Shown: one piece after another, positions 26,963-38,412 of the stretch
Layout of the letters: each line of letters starts with the position of its first letter
Numbering within the stretch: the first letter of the stretch is position 1
Assembly: GCA_945859975.1 (NCBI GenBank)
Contig: CAMAPH010000026.1
Span: 1 to 40,339 of the forward strand
Source of the DNA: Chthonomonas calidirosea
GTDB taxonomy: Bacteria > Armatimonadota > Fimbriimonadia > Fimbriimonadales > Fimbriimonadaceae
DNA: 40,339 nucleotides
Reading direction: 5' to 3'
Position numbers and translations under genes: made by a program
The notes under the pieces: model-generated
Told to the model about the DNA's origin: nothing
The model's database searches: none
Seen by the model: the letters and a program-made list of their open reading frames with translations, nothing else

Positions 26963-28194
26963 TCCGCTTTTGCTACGTCGAGTAGCAGGCTAAGGGCGGT
27001 CTGGGTGGCACGGCGCTGGATGTCTTCTCGGGTTCCGCGTAGCTTCAATTCCTCGACCTTGGTTCCGGTCTCCGTGGAGGTCGAAATGAAGACTAAGCCA
27101 ACCGGTTTTCCGTCCACGTCCGCAGTCGGTCCAGCATTGCCAGTGATGGCGATTCCGAAAGTGGCACCCGATCGAATTCGGGCAGCGATGGCCATCTGAC
27201 CGGCCACGGCCGCGCTCACGGGTCCGTGCTCCGAAATCAGGTCTCCGGGAACACCGAGAGCGTTCTCCTTCATCGAAACGGTGTAGGTGACCCAGCCGCC
27301 GATAAACACCTTCGAAGCGCCAGGGACGGCGGTCAACCGCCCCGCAAGTTGTCCGCCGGTCATGCTTTCGGCAACGGCAACGGTTTGTCCTTTCGACTCG
27401 AGTACCCGCAGCAAACTCTCCTCGAGGGTGGTGTCGTCGGTGCCGTACAAGTGATCGCCCAAGATCGATCGAATCTGGGCTTCTACTGGATCGATCAGGA
27501 CATTGGCTTCGGCCTTTGTCTTTGCCCGAGCGGTCACACGCAGGTGGACCTCGCCAGTGTGCGCATAAGGCGCCACGGTGGGATTCTCGGCACCCATGAG
27601 TTCCGCGAGCATTTGCTCAACCATGCTTTCGCCGATCCCAATTACGCGCAGAACTCGCGAGTGGATCACCCCGCCGCCGAGGGTCTCGAGAAATTCTCGA
27701 ACCGGCCCTTGCGCCATCGGCACGAATTCGCCTTTGGGGCCAGGGAGGGCGATGACGACTTTGCCATTCTTTTGGCAAAGCAGGCCAGGTGCGGTGCCGA
27801 ACGGGTTCTTTATCGTAACGCCAGACTCGGGTCGATCTGCTTGCTTCGCGTTCGACTCGGCAAACTCATAGTTCCGGCTTGCAAACCAGGCGCGAAGTTC
27901 GGTCTCGTAAGCTTCATCTCGAACCAGGCTATCGCCAAGCGCGGCCGCAATGGCATCGCGGGTGAGGTCATCCATGGTTGGACCAAGACCGCCGATGGTC
28001 ACCAGAACATCCGCCCGGCTAAGGCTCTCGCGCAAGGCATCGGTCAGGCGGTTAAAGTTATCGCCAATCGTGGAGCGCCGTTGGCAACCAATCCCGCACT
28101 CCGCAAGGATTTGCGCCATTACCGGGGCATGGGTATCGATGATTTGCCCTAGCAGGAGCTCGGTGCCTACAGAGACGATTTCGGCGGTCTTCAC
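26959..28194 (-). CDS. cinA: Competence/damage-inducible protein CinA (MocF-like domain plus NMN deamidase domain)
   Basis: AEIVSVGTELLLGQI.DT, GGLGPT.DDLT, GTAPG, LPGP, VAESMTGG, ITGNAGP, KPVGLVFI. Confidence 0.96.
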   Translation of the reverse strand: MKTAEIVSVGTELLLGQIIDTHAPVMAQILAECGIGCQRRSTIGDNFNRLTDALRESLSRADVLVTIGGLGPTMDDLTRDAIAAALGDSLVRDEAYETELRAWFASRNYEFAESNAKQADRPESGVTIKNPFGTAPGLLCQKNGKVVIALPGPKGEFVPMAQGPVREFLETLGGGVIHSRVLRVIGIGESMVEQMLAELMGAENPTVAPYAHTGEVHLRVTARAKTKAEANVLIDPVEAQIRSILGDHLYGTDDTTLEESLLRVLESKGQTVAVAESMTGGQLAGRLTAVPGASKVFIGGWVTYTVSMKENALGVPGDLISEHGPVSAAVAGQMAIAARIRSGATFGIAITGNAGPTADVDGKPVGLVFISTSTETGTKVEELKLRGTREDIQRRATQTALSLLLDVAKAD

Positions 28195-28252
28195 AATACG
28201 ATTGTGCGTGATCCTTCTTGCATGACGAACGGGTCTGGTACCCTGCCATTCG

Positions 28253-29884
28253 ATGAGCTTCAGCGTCCTCCTGAGTCAGGACGTGGTGCCGGTGGAAGCG
28301 GGAACCACGACTCCACTGTCTATCTCCATCACAAATCGCGGCGCCGAATCGGACCGATTTGAGATCGAGATTGAGGGCATCGACACCGTTTGGAAGGCAA
28401 TTCCCGTTCCAGAAATTGAAGTTCGACCCGGCGAAACCGCCGAGGAAAAGGCGTTCTTCAAACCACCGCGAGAGAGCGAGAGCCTAGCCGGTCACTATCC
28501 ATTCGTTGTCAAAGTTCGAAGCCTCGGGACGGGAGAGACCCGACAGGCGCAGGGCATCCTGGAAATCAAGCCGTTCCATACCCTGAGCATGGAGGTGAAC
28601 CCACGCAAGGGTTACGTATCGCCGACGACGAAGCGGAACGTTTTCGAGCTATCGGTCATGAACCTCGGCAACACGCCGCACACGGTTCAACTGGTGGGTA
28701 GCGATCCCGAAGATGCCTGCGCATATGAGTTTAGCGACGAGCGCATCCAACTTGGCCCGGGCCAAACGAAAACCGTTTCCGTCGAGGTCAAACCGCGCAA
28801 GACTAACGTAATTGCGCAGAGCCGATTGATCGGATTTAGCGTCACGGCACGGAGCGTTGAGCACGGCTCCGTTTCAGCAGTGACACAGGGTCAGCTCGAG
28901 CAGCGGTCACTTTTGACGCCCGGCAGCCTCGCCGCGATTGTCATTGCTGCGTTGCTCGCGTTCCTTTGGTTTATCAACATGCCGAAGCCACCGGCGGTGG
29001 GTTTGCGCGCCGATCTTTTGCAGGTCACCCGCGGCGATGAAGTTAAGCTGAGTTGGGAATCCTCCGAACGTAGCCGCGTCAATCTGATTCTTGAGGATGG
29101 AACGGTCTTGCTTGAAAATGGCAACCCGGAGGGCGTTTTCACTTTCAAGGTTGAGCAGAAAGACTCGGTAACAATTTTTGCCCAGGCGAAGCGGGACAAC
29201 ATGACCACCAAGTCGGATCCGGTCACGATCAAGATCGCGGAGCCAGAGGTCGTTCCCGAACCGCAAATCCTATCATTGAAGGCGTCGGCAACTCGCGTTC
29301 GGGTGGGCAGTTCGTTCTTCTTGAATTACAAATTCAGTTCCGCGGTTGTTTCGGCAACCCTCGGACCTGGGAACAAGGACATTGACACCACGCTCAGCCG
29401 CGTTGAAGTTGCAATTCCGACCGACACAGTTCCTGGGCCTTACACGTACGAGATCAGCGCCAAGAACAAACTAGGGATCGCCACGGTGAAGTCGATTCAG
29501 ATTCAGGTTTACGATGAATCGGAAGCGCAGATTCTCGAGTTCACCGCGAATAAAACGAGAGTTGAGCCGTTTGACAATGCCGTTTCGATTTCTTGGCAGG
29601 TGACGCGAGCAGCGCGGGTTGAACTGAAGTCTTCAACCGGCGAACAGTTTGAAGTTGAGCTCAAGGGTGAGCGCGAATTTACGATCGACGCGAAGACCAC
29701 CTTCACGTTGACCGCGATCGATGATCGGGGACGGCGATTGCCGCGCCAGATCACGATTGAGTACATCGACAAGCCTGATGTACCGCCACCGGCAACCGAC
29801 GGCGGATCGCCAGGAGTTAGCACAACACCACCGGGAGATATCACTACCGGCGGCACAACCGGTCCTTCAACGGCCGGACGATAA
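28253..29884 (+). CDS. Hypothetical single-pass membrane protein with tandem Ig-like beta-sandwich domains on both sides
   Basis: N-terminal 'ITNRG..SD.F.I.IEG' and 'V.NLGN' repeats, a TM at ~aa 225-243, 'V.LSW' Ig-like repeats and a Pro/Thr/Gly tail. Confidence 0.75.
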   Translation: MSFSVLLSQDVVPVEAGTTTPLSISITNRGAESDRFEIEIEGIDTVWKAIPVPEIEVRPGETAEEKAFFKPPRESESLAGHYPFVVKVRSLGTGETRQAQGILEIKPFHTLSMEVNPRKGYVSPTTKRNVFELSVMNLGNTPHTVQLVGSDPEDACAYEFSDERIQLGPGQTKTVSVEVKPRKTNVIAQSRLIGFSVTARSVEHGSVSAVTQGQLEQRSLLTPGSLAAIVIAALLAFLWFINMPKPPAVGLRADLLQVTRGDEVKLSWESSERSRVNLILEDGTVLLENGNPEGVFTFKVEQKDSVTIFAQAKRDNMTTKSDPVTIKIAEPEVVPEPQILSLKASATRVRVGSSFFLNYKFSSAVVSATLGPGNKDIDTTLSRVEVAIPTDTVPGPYTYEISAKNKLGIATVKSIQIQVYDESEAQILEFTANKTRVEPFDNAVSISWQVTRAARVELKSSTGEQFEVELKGEREFTIDAKTTFTLTAIDDRGRRLPRQITIEYIDKPDVPPPATDGGSPGVSTTPPGDITTGGTTGPSTAGR

Positions 29885-29901
29885 CCGTTCCACGCATAGC
29901 T

Positions 29902-31437
29902 ATGACACGCGCGCTTCTTTCCGTTACCGACAAAACCGGCATCGTCGAATTCGCTCAGGCCCTCCAAGGTTTGAACTTTGAAGTTATCAGCACCGGCGGG
30001 ACCGCAACTCGGCTGCGAGAAGCTGGTTTAACCGTTGCCGACGTTGCGCAAGTCACCGGCTTTCCGGAAACCCTTGACGGGCGAGTCAAGACCCTACACC
30101 CACTGATCCACGGTGGGATTCTCGGCGACCTCCGGCTGGCAGAGCATCGGTCGGCAATGGAATCCCTGAAGATGGTTCCGATTTCGGTCGTCGGAGTTAA
30201 TTTGTACGCTTTCGAGCAGACCGTTTCCGGCCCCCACACTTTTGAAGAGGCGGTTGAGTCGATCGACATCGGCGGTCCAGCCATGATTCGTGCGGCCGCG
30301 AAGAACCACGCGAACACTTATGTTGTGGTTGATCCCGCGGACTATGGACGCGTCATTGAAGCATTGGCTGGTTCGATTGACGGCGAAGGTTTGCGAAGAG
30401 AGTTGGCCGCAAAGGCTTTCCGACACACCGCGTTCTATGACTCGATGATCGCCCGATACATGACGGAAAAGGCAGGCCTCGATGCGTTCACAGAGACCCT
30501 AACCGTCGGATATCGACGCGCTCAGCCTTTCCGATACGGAGAGAATCCACACCAACGTGGGGAGCTTTATCTGGATCCTTTATCCGGAAAAGGGCTCGCG
30601 AACGCAACCAGCCTGTGGGGCTGGGAGATGGGTTACAACAACTGGAACGACGCGGACGGTGCTTGGGAGTTGGTCGCGGATCTTCCGCCGATCTCTTGTG
30701 CGATCACCAAGCACGGCAATCCGTGTGGTGCGGCGACGGCGGCGACTTTTGGCGAGGCATTTGAATTGGCCCGAGTTGCTGATCCGATCAGCGCATTTGG
30801 CGGAGTCGTCGCAATCAACGGGGTTTTGGACGCGGAAGCTGCAACGGCGATGACGGCAAAGGGCAATAAGCTTGATGTGATCGTGGCGGTTGGCTTTACG
30901 GACGAGGCGCTGGCAATGTTTAAGGAGCGCAAGGGTTGGGGGCAGGAGGTTCGGCTGCTGACGGCACCTTTGCCAGAGCCGAAGTCCGGCTTGACCGTGC
31001 GAACGATTCGGGGCGGGGCCCTGATTCAAGATTCCGACGAGGATCCGGGCAAGGATTGGCAAGTCGTGACCGAAGTTCAGCCGACAGAGGAGCAGATGGC
31101 ATCGCTCCGGTTCTTGTGGAGAATCATCCCGCACGTCAAATCGAACGCGATTGTAGTTGGCAAAGCTGATCGGTTGCTCGGCGTTGGTGCAGGGCAGATG
31201 AATCGAGTCCAATCAGTTCGACTGTCGTTGGAGCAGGCAGGCGAAGGAGCGATCGGCGCAGGACTCGCGAGCGACGCGTTCTTCCCATTTCCGGACAGCA
31301 TTGAAACTGCGGCTGCGGCGAAGATTGGTGCCATTGTGCAACCGGGCGGAAGCAAAAAGGACCCAGATGTGATCGCGAAAGCGAACGAACTTGGGATTCC
31401 GATGGTCTTTACGGGAACCCGGCACTTCCGACACTAA
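29902..31437 (+). CDS. purH: Bifunctional AICAR transformylase / IMP cyclohydrolase
   Basis: RALLSVTDKTG, STGGT, GRVKTLHP, IDIGGP, RYGENPHQ, KHGNPCG, SDAFFPF, FTGTRHFRH. Confidence 0.99.
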   Translation: MTRALLSVTDKTGIVEFAQALQGLNFEVISTGGTATRLREAGLTVADVAQVTGFPETLDGRVKTLHPLIHGGILGDLRLAEHRSAMESLKMVPISVVGVNLYAFEQTVSGPHTFEEAVESIDIGGPAMIRAAAKNHANTYVVVDPADYGRVIEALAGSIDGEGLRRELAAKAFRHTAFYDSMIARYMTEKAGLDAFTETLTVGYRRAQPFRYGENPHQRGELYLDPLSGKGLANATSLWGWEMGYNNWNDADGAWELVADLPPISCAITKHGNPCGAATAATFGEAFELARVADPISAFGGVVAINGVLDAEAATAMTAKGNKLDVIVAVGFTDEALAMFKERKGWGQEVRLLTAPLPEPKSGLTVRTIRGGALIQDSDEDPGKDWQVVTEVQPTEEQMASLRFLWRIIPHVKSNAIVVGKADRLLGVGAGQMNRVQSVRLSLEQAGEGAIGAGLASDAFFPFPDSIETAAAAKIGAIVQPGGSKKDPDVIAKANELGIPMVFTGTRHFRH

Positions 31438-31503
31438 TCTCGAGAAAGTAGAGGAATGTGACACAGGAACCGCAAAACTACGTCAGAATAAATCAAACCA
31501 GCG

Positions 31504-31818
31504 ATGAAAAATCAGAACGACCTCATCATCTCCATCGTGTGCGGAGTCCTCGCAATCGGCGGAATCACCACTCTGTATTTCACGAAGCGAGTTCCAGAGA
31601 CTCCATCGGCGGTCACCAAGGCTAACGTAACCGCGCCGGTGCTCCCTGCTGGCTCTACAAAGATGACCAACGGACTGGCTGGCGGCGGAACGGCAGCCGG
31701 CGGATTTGCTGGACTGGCTGGCGGCCCTGGCGGTCCTGGCGGAGCCCGACCAGGCGTAAGCGTTGGTGGCGGTAGCGGCGCAACTCGGCCCGGCGTAAGC
31801 GTCGGCGGCTCCAAGTAA
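31504..31818 (+). CDS. Small Gly-rich membrane-anchored hypothetical protein
   Basis: N-terminal TM, Gly/Ala/Pro-rich tail with RPGVSVGG twice. Fills the gap between purH and remA. Confidence 0.7.
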   Translation: MKNQNDLIISIVCGVLAIGGITTLYFTKRVPETPSAVTKANVTAPVLPAGSTKMTNGLAGGGTAAGGFAGLAGGPGGPGGARPGVSVGGGSGATRPGVSVGGSK

Positions 31819-31879
31819 GCACAGTCCCGAATTAACCACGCGTACGTGTAAACTGTAAGCTTCCAAGGAGCTTACGGAA

Positions 31880-34002
<2,123 letters not shown>

Positions 34003-34006
<4 letters not shown>

Positions 34007-34452
34007 AATGGTGGGTGACTTTTGGATTCCTGCTGTGGCTTTCTGCGGGGTTCCTGGGCGTACCAGGGCCTGTTTCGAAGCTGACCCTGTTGGTGCTGGC
34101 CATCATGACGCTGTTTGGCTCGCGGATGCAGGGCTTGCTGGGTGGCTTCTTGGTTGGGTTAGTTGAAGGGGCGGTCATCGGCTCGAACATTGCGGCGTTT
34201 GCGGCTTCGCGGATGATCGTTGGCTACATTCTTGGGTCGCTGCGGTCGCTGGATTTCGATGCGAACTTTATCGTGGCGGCGGTGTGGGCGTTCCTGACTT
34301 GCATAACGGCGCAAATCCTATTCCGGATTGGGGTGCCAGGCGGGAGTTTTGTAGAGGTCGCGTTGGCTACACTAGGAGCAGCTTTGCTCAACGCTGCGCT
34401 GGCGATACCACTTTATTGGCTCGCTTCCAAGGTGTTCGCGAGCAACAACTGA
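34003..34452 (+). CDS. mreD: Probable rod shape-determining protein MreD (divergent)
   Basis: ATGA overlap with mreC. About 5 TM segments with a 'GFLVGLVEG' motif. Confidence 0.7.
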
Positions 34453-34456
34453 TAGC

Positions 34457-35710
34457 ATGAGCAGTCAATTTGATGTCCTAAAAATGGCCCGACAGCAACT
34501 TGCGATTGCTGCCCAATACTTAGACCTGGATGAAGGGCTGCACAAAGTGCTCGCTCATCCGCAACGGGCTCTAGTTGTCAACTTCCCGGTGGTCATGGAC
34601 GATGGCACGGTTGAAGTTTTTGAGGGCTATCGAGTCCAGCACAACGCGTCTCGCGGCCCAACGAAAGGTGGAATCCGCTATCACCCGCACGTTGACTTGA
34701 ACGAGACATCGGCCCTGGCCATGTGGATGACCTGGAAGTGCGCCGTTGTGAATATCCCCTACGGCGGAGCGAAGGGCGGCGTACGGGTTGACACCAAGCG
34801 ACTTTCGAAGCGGGAAATTGAAAAGCTCACCCGACGCTTTACGAGCGACATCAGTTCGATGATTGGCGAGCGAAGCGACATTCCGGCTCCGGACATTGGA
34901 ACGAACGCTCAGGTCATGAGCTGGATCATGGACACGATGTCGATGTCTGCGGGCTACACGACCCCTGGCGTGGTCACCGGCAAGCCGGTCGAGCTCGGCG
35001 GATCGGAAGGGCGTGTTGAAGCAACCGGCCGTGGTGTGGTGGTTGCCCTTGAGGAAGCGGCGAAGGTTCGGAACCTCGACCTCGGCAACATGAAAGTAGC
35101 CGTTCAAGGGTTTGGAAACGTTGGCAGCACGGCTGCTCTTCTCGTGGAAGAGGCTGGTGGCACGGTCGTTGCCGTGAGCGATGCCACGGGTGGCATTTAT
35201 AACCCAGAAGGCCTGCCGATTCGCGAACTTTCCACTCGGTTCTCCGGACGAGAAGGCGGCATTCGTGAGTTTAAGAACGCCGAAAAGGTGAGCAACTCGG
35301 AGCTTCTTGAGCTTGATTGCGACGTTTTGATCCCAGCCGCAATTTCGGGACAGATCACCGAAGAGAATGCCGGCCGAATTAAAGCGGGCTTGATCGTCGA
35401 AGGTGCAAACGGCCCTTGCACGCCAGCGGCCGACGTGATTTTGAACGACAGCGGGAAGTTGATCGTGCCGGACATTCTTGCGAATGCGGGAGGCGTGATC
35501 GTGAGCTACTTCGAGTGGGTTCAGGACCTGCAGAACTTCTTCTGGGAAGAAGACGAAGTGAACAAGCGGCTCACCCGAATCATGCGGGCAAGCTACGCAT
35601 CGGTCGATTCCACGATGCGCGCGCATAAGACCGACATGCGCAATGCGGCTCTAATCATTGGCGTGAAGAGAGTGGCCGACGCCACGATCAAGCGCGGCAT
35701 CTTCCCTTAA
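34457..35710 (+). CDS. gdhA: Glu/Leu/Phe/Val dehydrogenase (glutamate dehydrogenase)
   Basis: GYRVQHN, GPTKGGIRYHP, PYGGAKGG, DIPAPD, VVTGKP, ATGRG, QGFGNVG, EGANGP, NAGGVIVSYFEW. Confidence 0.95.
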   Translation: MSSQFDVLKMARQQLAIAAQYLDLDEGLHKVLAHPQRALVVNFPVVMDDGTVEVFEGYRVQHNASRGPTKGGIRYHPHVDLNETSALAMWMTWKCAVVNIPYGGAKGGVRVDTKRLSKREIEKLTRRFTSDISSMIGERSDIPAPDIGTNAQVMSWIMDTMSMSAGYTTPGVVTGKPVELGGSEGRVEATGRGVVVALEEAAKVRNLDLGNMKVAVQGFGNVGSTAALLVEEAGGTVVAVSDATGGIYNPEGLPIRELSTRFSGREGGIREFKNAEKVSNSELLELDCDVLIPAAISGQITEENAGRIKAGLIVEGANGPCTPAADVILNDSGKLIVPDILANAGGVIVSYFEWVQDLQNFFWEEDEVNKRLTRIMRASYASVDSTMRAHKTDMRNAALIIGVKRVADATIKRGIFP

Positions 35711-35728
35711 GCACGCTATTGTCATCCA

Positions 35729-35765
35729 GCTGATTTGGGAGGGGCGGGTACCCTCCCAAATCAGC
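35729..35765. repeat. Perfect 15-bp inverted repeat between gdhA and fabZ
   Basis: GCTGATTTGGGAGGG-gcgggta-CCCTCCCAAATCAGC with no clear U-tract. Confidence 0.8.
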
Positions 35766-35769
35766 ATTA

Positions 35770-36222
35770 TTGAGGCCTCACTTGACTCTGAACTTACAAG
35801 AAATTCTCGGCGTTCTTCCGCATCGTTATCCGATGATCCTCGTAGATCGGATTCTGAATATTGCAGAAGACGGCGCCACGATCAAGGGGCTAAAGAACGT
35901 TACGTTCAACGAGTCATTCTTCCAGGGCCACTATCCCGGTTTTCCCGTAATGCCTGGCGTTCTGATCGTGGAAGCCATGGCCCAAGTTGGAGCGGTTTTG
36001 ACGATGCAACGAGACGACGCGCGAGGGCGAATTCCGTTGATCGGCGCCATCGACGATGTCAAGTTCCGCCGAATGGTTGTTCCGGGCGATCAACTGATCA
36101 TCGACTGTCAGCTGATTTGGATGCGCGGCTCGATTGGTCGGATCAAGGGCCAAGCTTCGGTAGAGGGCGAACTTGCGGCTAGCATGGAGCTCACGTTTAA
36201 GCTGGTCGAGAGGGAATTCTGA
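35770..36222 (+). CDS. fabZ: 3-hydroxyacyl-ACP dehydratase
   Basis: LPHRYPMILVDR, KNVTFNE.FFQGH.P...MPGVLIVEAMAQ, KFRRMVVPGD. Confidence 0.97.
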   Translation: MRPHLTLNLQEILGVLPHRYPMILVDRILNIAEDGATIKGLKNVTFNESFFQGHYPGFPVMPGVLIVEAMAQVGAVLTMQRDDARGRIPLIGAIDDVKFRRMVVPGDQLIIDCQLIWMRGSIGRIKGQASVEGELAASMELTFKLVEREF

Positions 36223-36223
36223 G

Positions 36224-37012
36224 TTGGCCCAGATTCACCCGTTCGCGATTGTTGACCCCTCCGCCGAAATTTCAGATGATGTCGAAATCGGCCCGGGCTG
36301 TATCGTGGATGCCGGCGTAAAGATCGGCGCGGGTTGCATTCTTCAATCGCATGTTCGGATTTGCACCGGGACGACTCTGGGAGACAGGAACTTTGTTGGC
36401 CATGGTGCGATTCTGGGTGGCGATCCGCAGGACCGAAAATACAAAGGCGAAAAGACCTTTCTCGAGATCGGAAACGACAACGTTTTCCGGGAATACGCCA
36501 CGGTTCATCGGGCAACCGGCGAGGGCCTTACCACGAAGATCGGCAGCGATTTGTATATGATGGCCTACGCCCACATTGGCCATAACTGCGAAGTACATGA
36601 CCACATCACGATTGCGAACAACTCCGCTTTCGGCGGGCACGTAGCGGCGGAAGATTACGTTACGGTTGGCGGGTTTACCGGCGTTCACCAATTCTGTCGG
36701 CTCGGCAAAGTGGCCATGGTCGGTGGCTACTCGAAGATCGTCAAAGATGTTCCGCCGTTCATGATTGTCGATGGCATCGAGCAAGAAGTCATCGATATCA
36801 ATGCGGTTGGCTTGCGGCGGTACGGAATCACGCCGGACGGCCGACTCGCCCTTCACCGAGCCTGTAAGTTGCTATTCAAGTCTCAGCTCGGATTGCGGAA
36901 TGCGGTAGAGATCGTGCGACGAGAAGTCCCGATGACGCCTGAGGTTGAGTACCTCCTCGATTTTGAGGAGCAGCGCGCGTTTGGTCGCAACGGCCGAGCT
37001 CGCCAGCGCTAG
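36224..37012 (+). CDS. lpxA: Acyl-ACP-UDP-N-acetylglucosamine O-acyltransferase
   Basis: Start TTG 36224 (MAQIHPFAIVD). Hexapeptide repeats, PQDRKY, REYATVHRAT, HIGHNC, HQFCRLG, NAVGLRR. Confidence 0.96.
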   Translation: MAQIHPFAIVDPSAEISDDVEIGPGCIVDAGVKIGAGCILQSHVRICTGTTLGDRNFVGHGAILGGDPQDRKYKGEKTFLEIGNDNVFREYATVHRATGEGLTTKIGSDLYMMAYAHIGHNCEVHDHITIANNSAFGGHVAAEDYVTVGGFTGVHQFCRLGKVAMVGGYSKIVKDVPPFMIVDGIEQEVIDINAVGLRRYGITPDGRLALHRACKLLFKSQLGLRNAVEIVRREVPMTPEVEYLLDFEEQRAFGRNGRARQR

Positions 37013-37632
37013 TTCAGGATCTCGAGGTCTTTCAGGGCCTCGCGCATTTGGGCCACCGTATCGCCGTATGGATCGATTCGGAAACTGAGCCAGCCCACCT
37101 GATTCGCGGCGTCGACGTTTTGCCGGTTATCGTCGAAAAAGATGATTTGATCTGGGCGGAATCCGGTTTCGGCCTCGAAGCGACGGTAGATTGCCGGGTC
37201 TGGCTTGCCGAGTTGAAACAGGTGTGAAGCGCAGCGGAACTCCAGATTTGCGACGGTCGGAAATTTTTCCGCGTTCATCAAATCTTCCCAATGCGGGGCG
37301 TTTGTGTTGGAAAGACAGGCGGTGCGGAACCCGCTTTCGCGAACCTCGGCAACAAACTCCGGGATGCCCGGATACTCGTGCTGAAGAATCGAAAGGTGTG
37401 CCTTCTCGGCATGCTCGCTGGGGCAACCCATCAGCCGCGCCATCTCATCGAGGTAGGTGGCGTAGTCGATTCGCCCCGCTTGGTGACGGTTCATGGGTTC
37501 CGCGTCGGCGAGAAACAACGGAGGCGTATCGGTTAGCGTGACCTTGACGCCAGCAAATTCGGCGGCTTCCTGCCAGGTTTGCGAAATCCGCACTAAAACG
37601 CCGCCAATATCGAAACAAATGAGTCGATCCAT
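37009..37632 (-). CDS. HAD-superfamily phosphatase (YihX-like)
   Basis: FDIGGVL, LSNTNAPH, KPDPAIY, FFDD...NV.AA. Start ATG 37632. Confidence 0.92.
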   Translation of the reverse strand: MDRLICFDIGGVLVRISQTWQEAAEFAGVKVTLTDTPPLFLADAEPMNRHQAGRIDYATYLDEMARLMGCPSEHAEKAHLSILQHEYPGIPEFVAEVRESGFRTACLSNTNAPHWEDLMNAEKFPTVANLEFRCASHLFQLGKPDPAIYRRFEAETGFRPDQIIFFDDNRQNVDAANQVGWLSFRIDPYGDTVAQMREALKDLEILN

Positions 37633-37734
37633 GAGCCCCAAGTTGAACCTAAAGTTGGCTATATGTCGGACAAATGGCAATAATCGCCAGTGCGCAAAAC
37701 AGCAAACTTGCCGTAACTTTACCGGGGGTTCACG

Positions 37735-38412
37735 GTGTCACGCTTTTTCGCAGCCAAAGGCGCGCTGATGATTTCAGCGCTTGCAACGTCTAGCGTCGCT
37801 ACGCCTGCTATTCAAGACCCGATTCCGGCCAGTGCTTCCAGCTTTGAGTCCTATATTTCTTCGATCGAAGCCAAGCTCGCGCGTGGAGAACACGAAGAGA
37901 TTGCCCGTTACAGTAAGGCGTTAATTCCGAACGGAAGGTTCCGCATCTTTTTGAAGAAGTTGCCAACGGGTCCTTTAAAACCTGGGATCGAGGGTTTCCT
38001 TGCTGGGCTCAACGTTTGGGAAGCTGAGACGAACGGTCTCGTGGCGTTTGAACCGGTGCCGACGGCGCGCGATGCGCATGTTGTGCTGGAGTTCAAAGAC
38101 GACCTCACGTATCAGGGAGCGCCGGTTGCGGGCCACGCTAGGTGGCTACTGACTCAAAATGGGTTGAACGTGCGCATCCAGATTAGAACCAAGGCACCTA
38201 ACGGAAAGCCGCTTTCTACAGGTTGCATCTTGCAGTCGGTCGCCCATGAACTTGGGCACGTGCTAGGCCTTGATGACGGCACGGATGGGGTGATGGGACC
38301 AGTTGATGTGCGGAATCCGCGCGTGAAGCCGTCGCCCAGCGAAGTGGAGCGCGTGATCCGGATTCGCGATCGGATTCGGGCGATCACAACCGAAGCTATA
38401 ATTTCTAGGTGA
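37735..38412 (+). CDS. Matrixin-like (metzincin) zinc metalloprotease
   Basis: HELGHVLGLDD zinc motif and Met-turn GVMGP. Start uncertain (GTG 37735 or ATG 37768). Confidence 0.85.
   Translation: MSRFFAAKGALMISALATSSVATPAIQDPIPASASSFESYISSIEAKLARGEHEEIARYSKALIPNGRFRIFLKKLPTGPLKPGIEGFLAGLNVWEAETNGLVAFEPVPTARDAHVVLEFKDDLTYQGAPVAGHARWLLTQNGLNVRIQIRTKAPNGKPLSTGCILQSVAHELGHVLGLDDGTDGVMGPVDVRNPRVKPSPSEVERVIRIRDRIRAITTEAIISR

Noticed and set aside
2036..28194. TfoX-N, CinA, MutS and a secreted nuclease as a competence system
   Set aside because: They are scattered in unrelated operons. CinA is an NAD-salvage enzyme, stand-alone TfoX-N proteins are widespread, and no com or pilus genes are present.
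34571..35626. 351-aa ORF antisense to glutamate dehydrogenase
   Set aside because: Mirror frame of a conserved GC-rich gene with no recognisable domain or expression signals.
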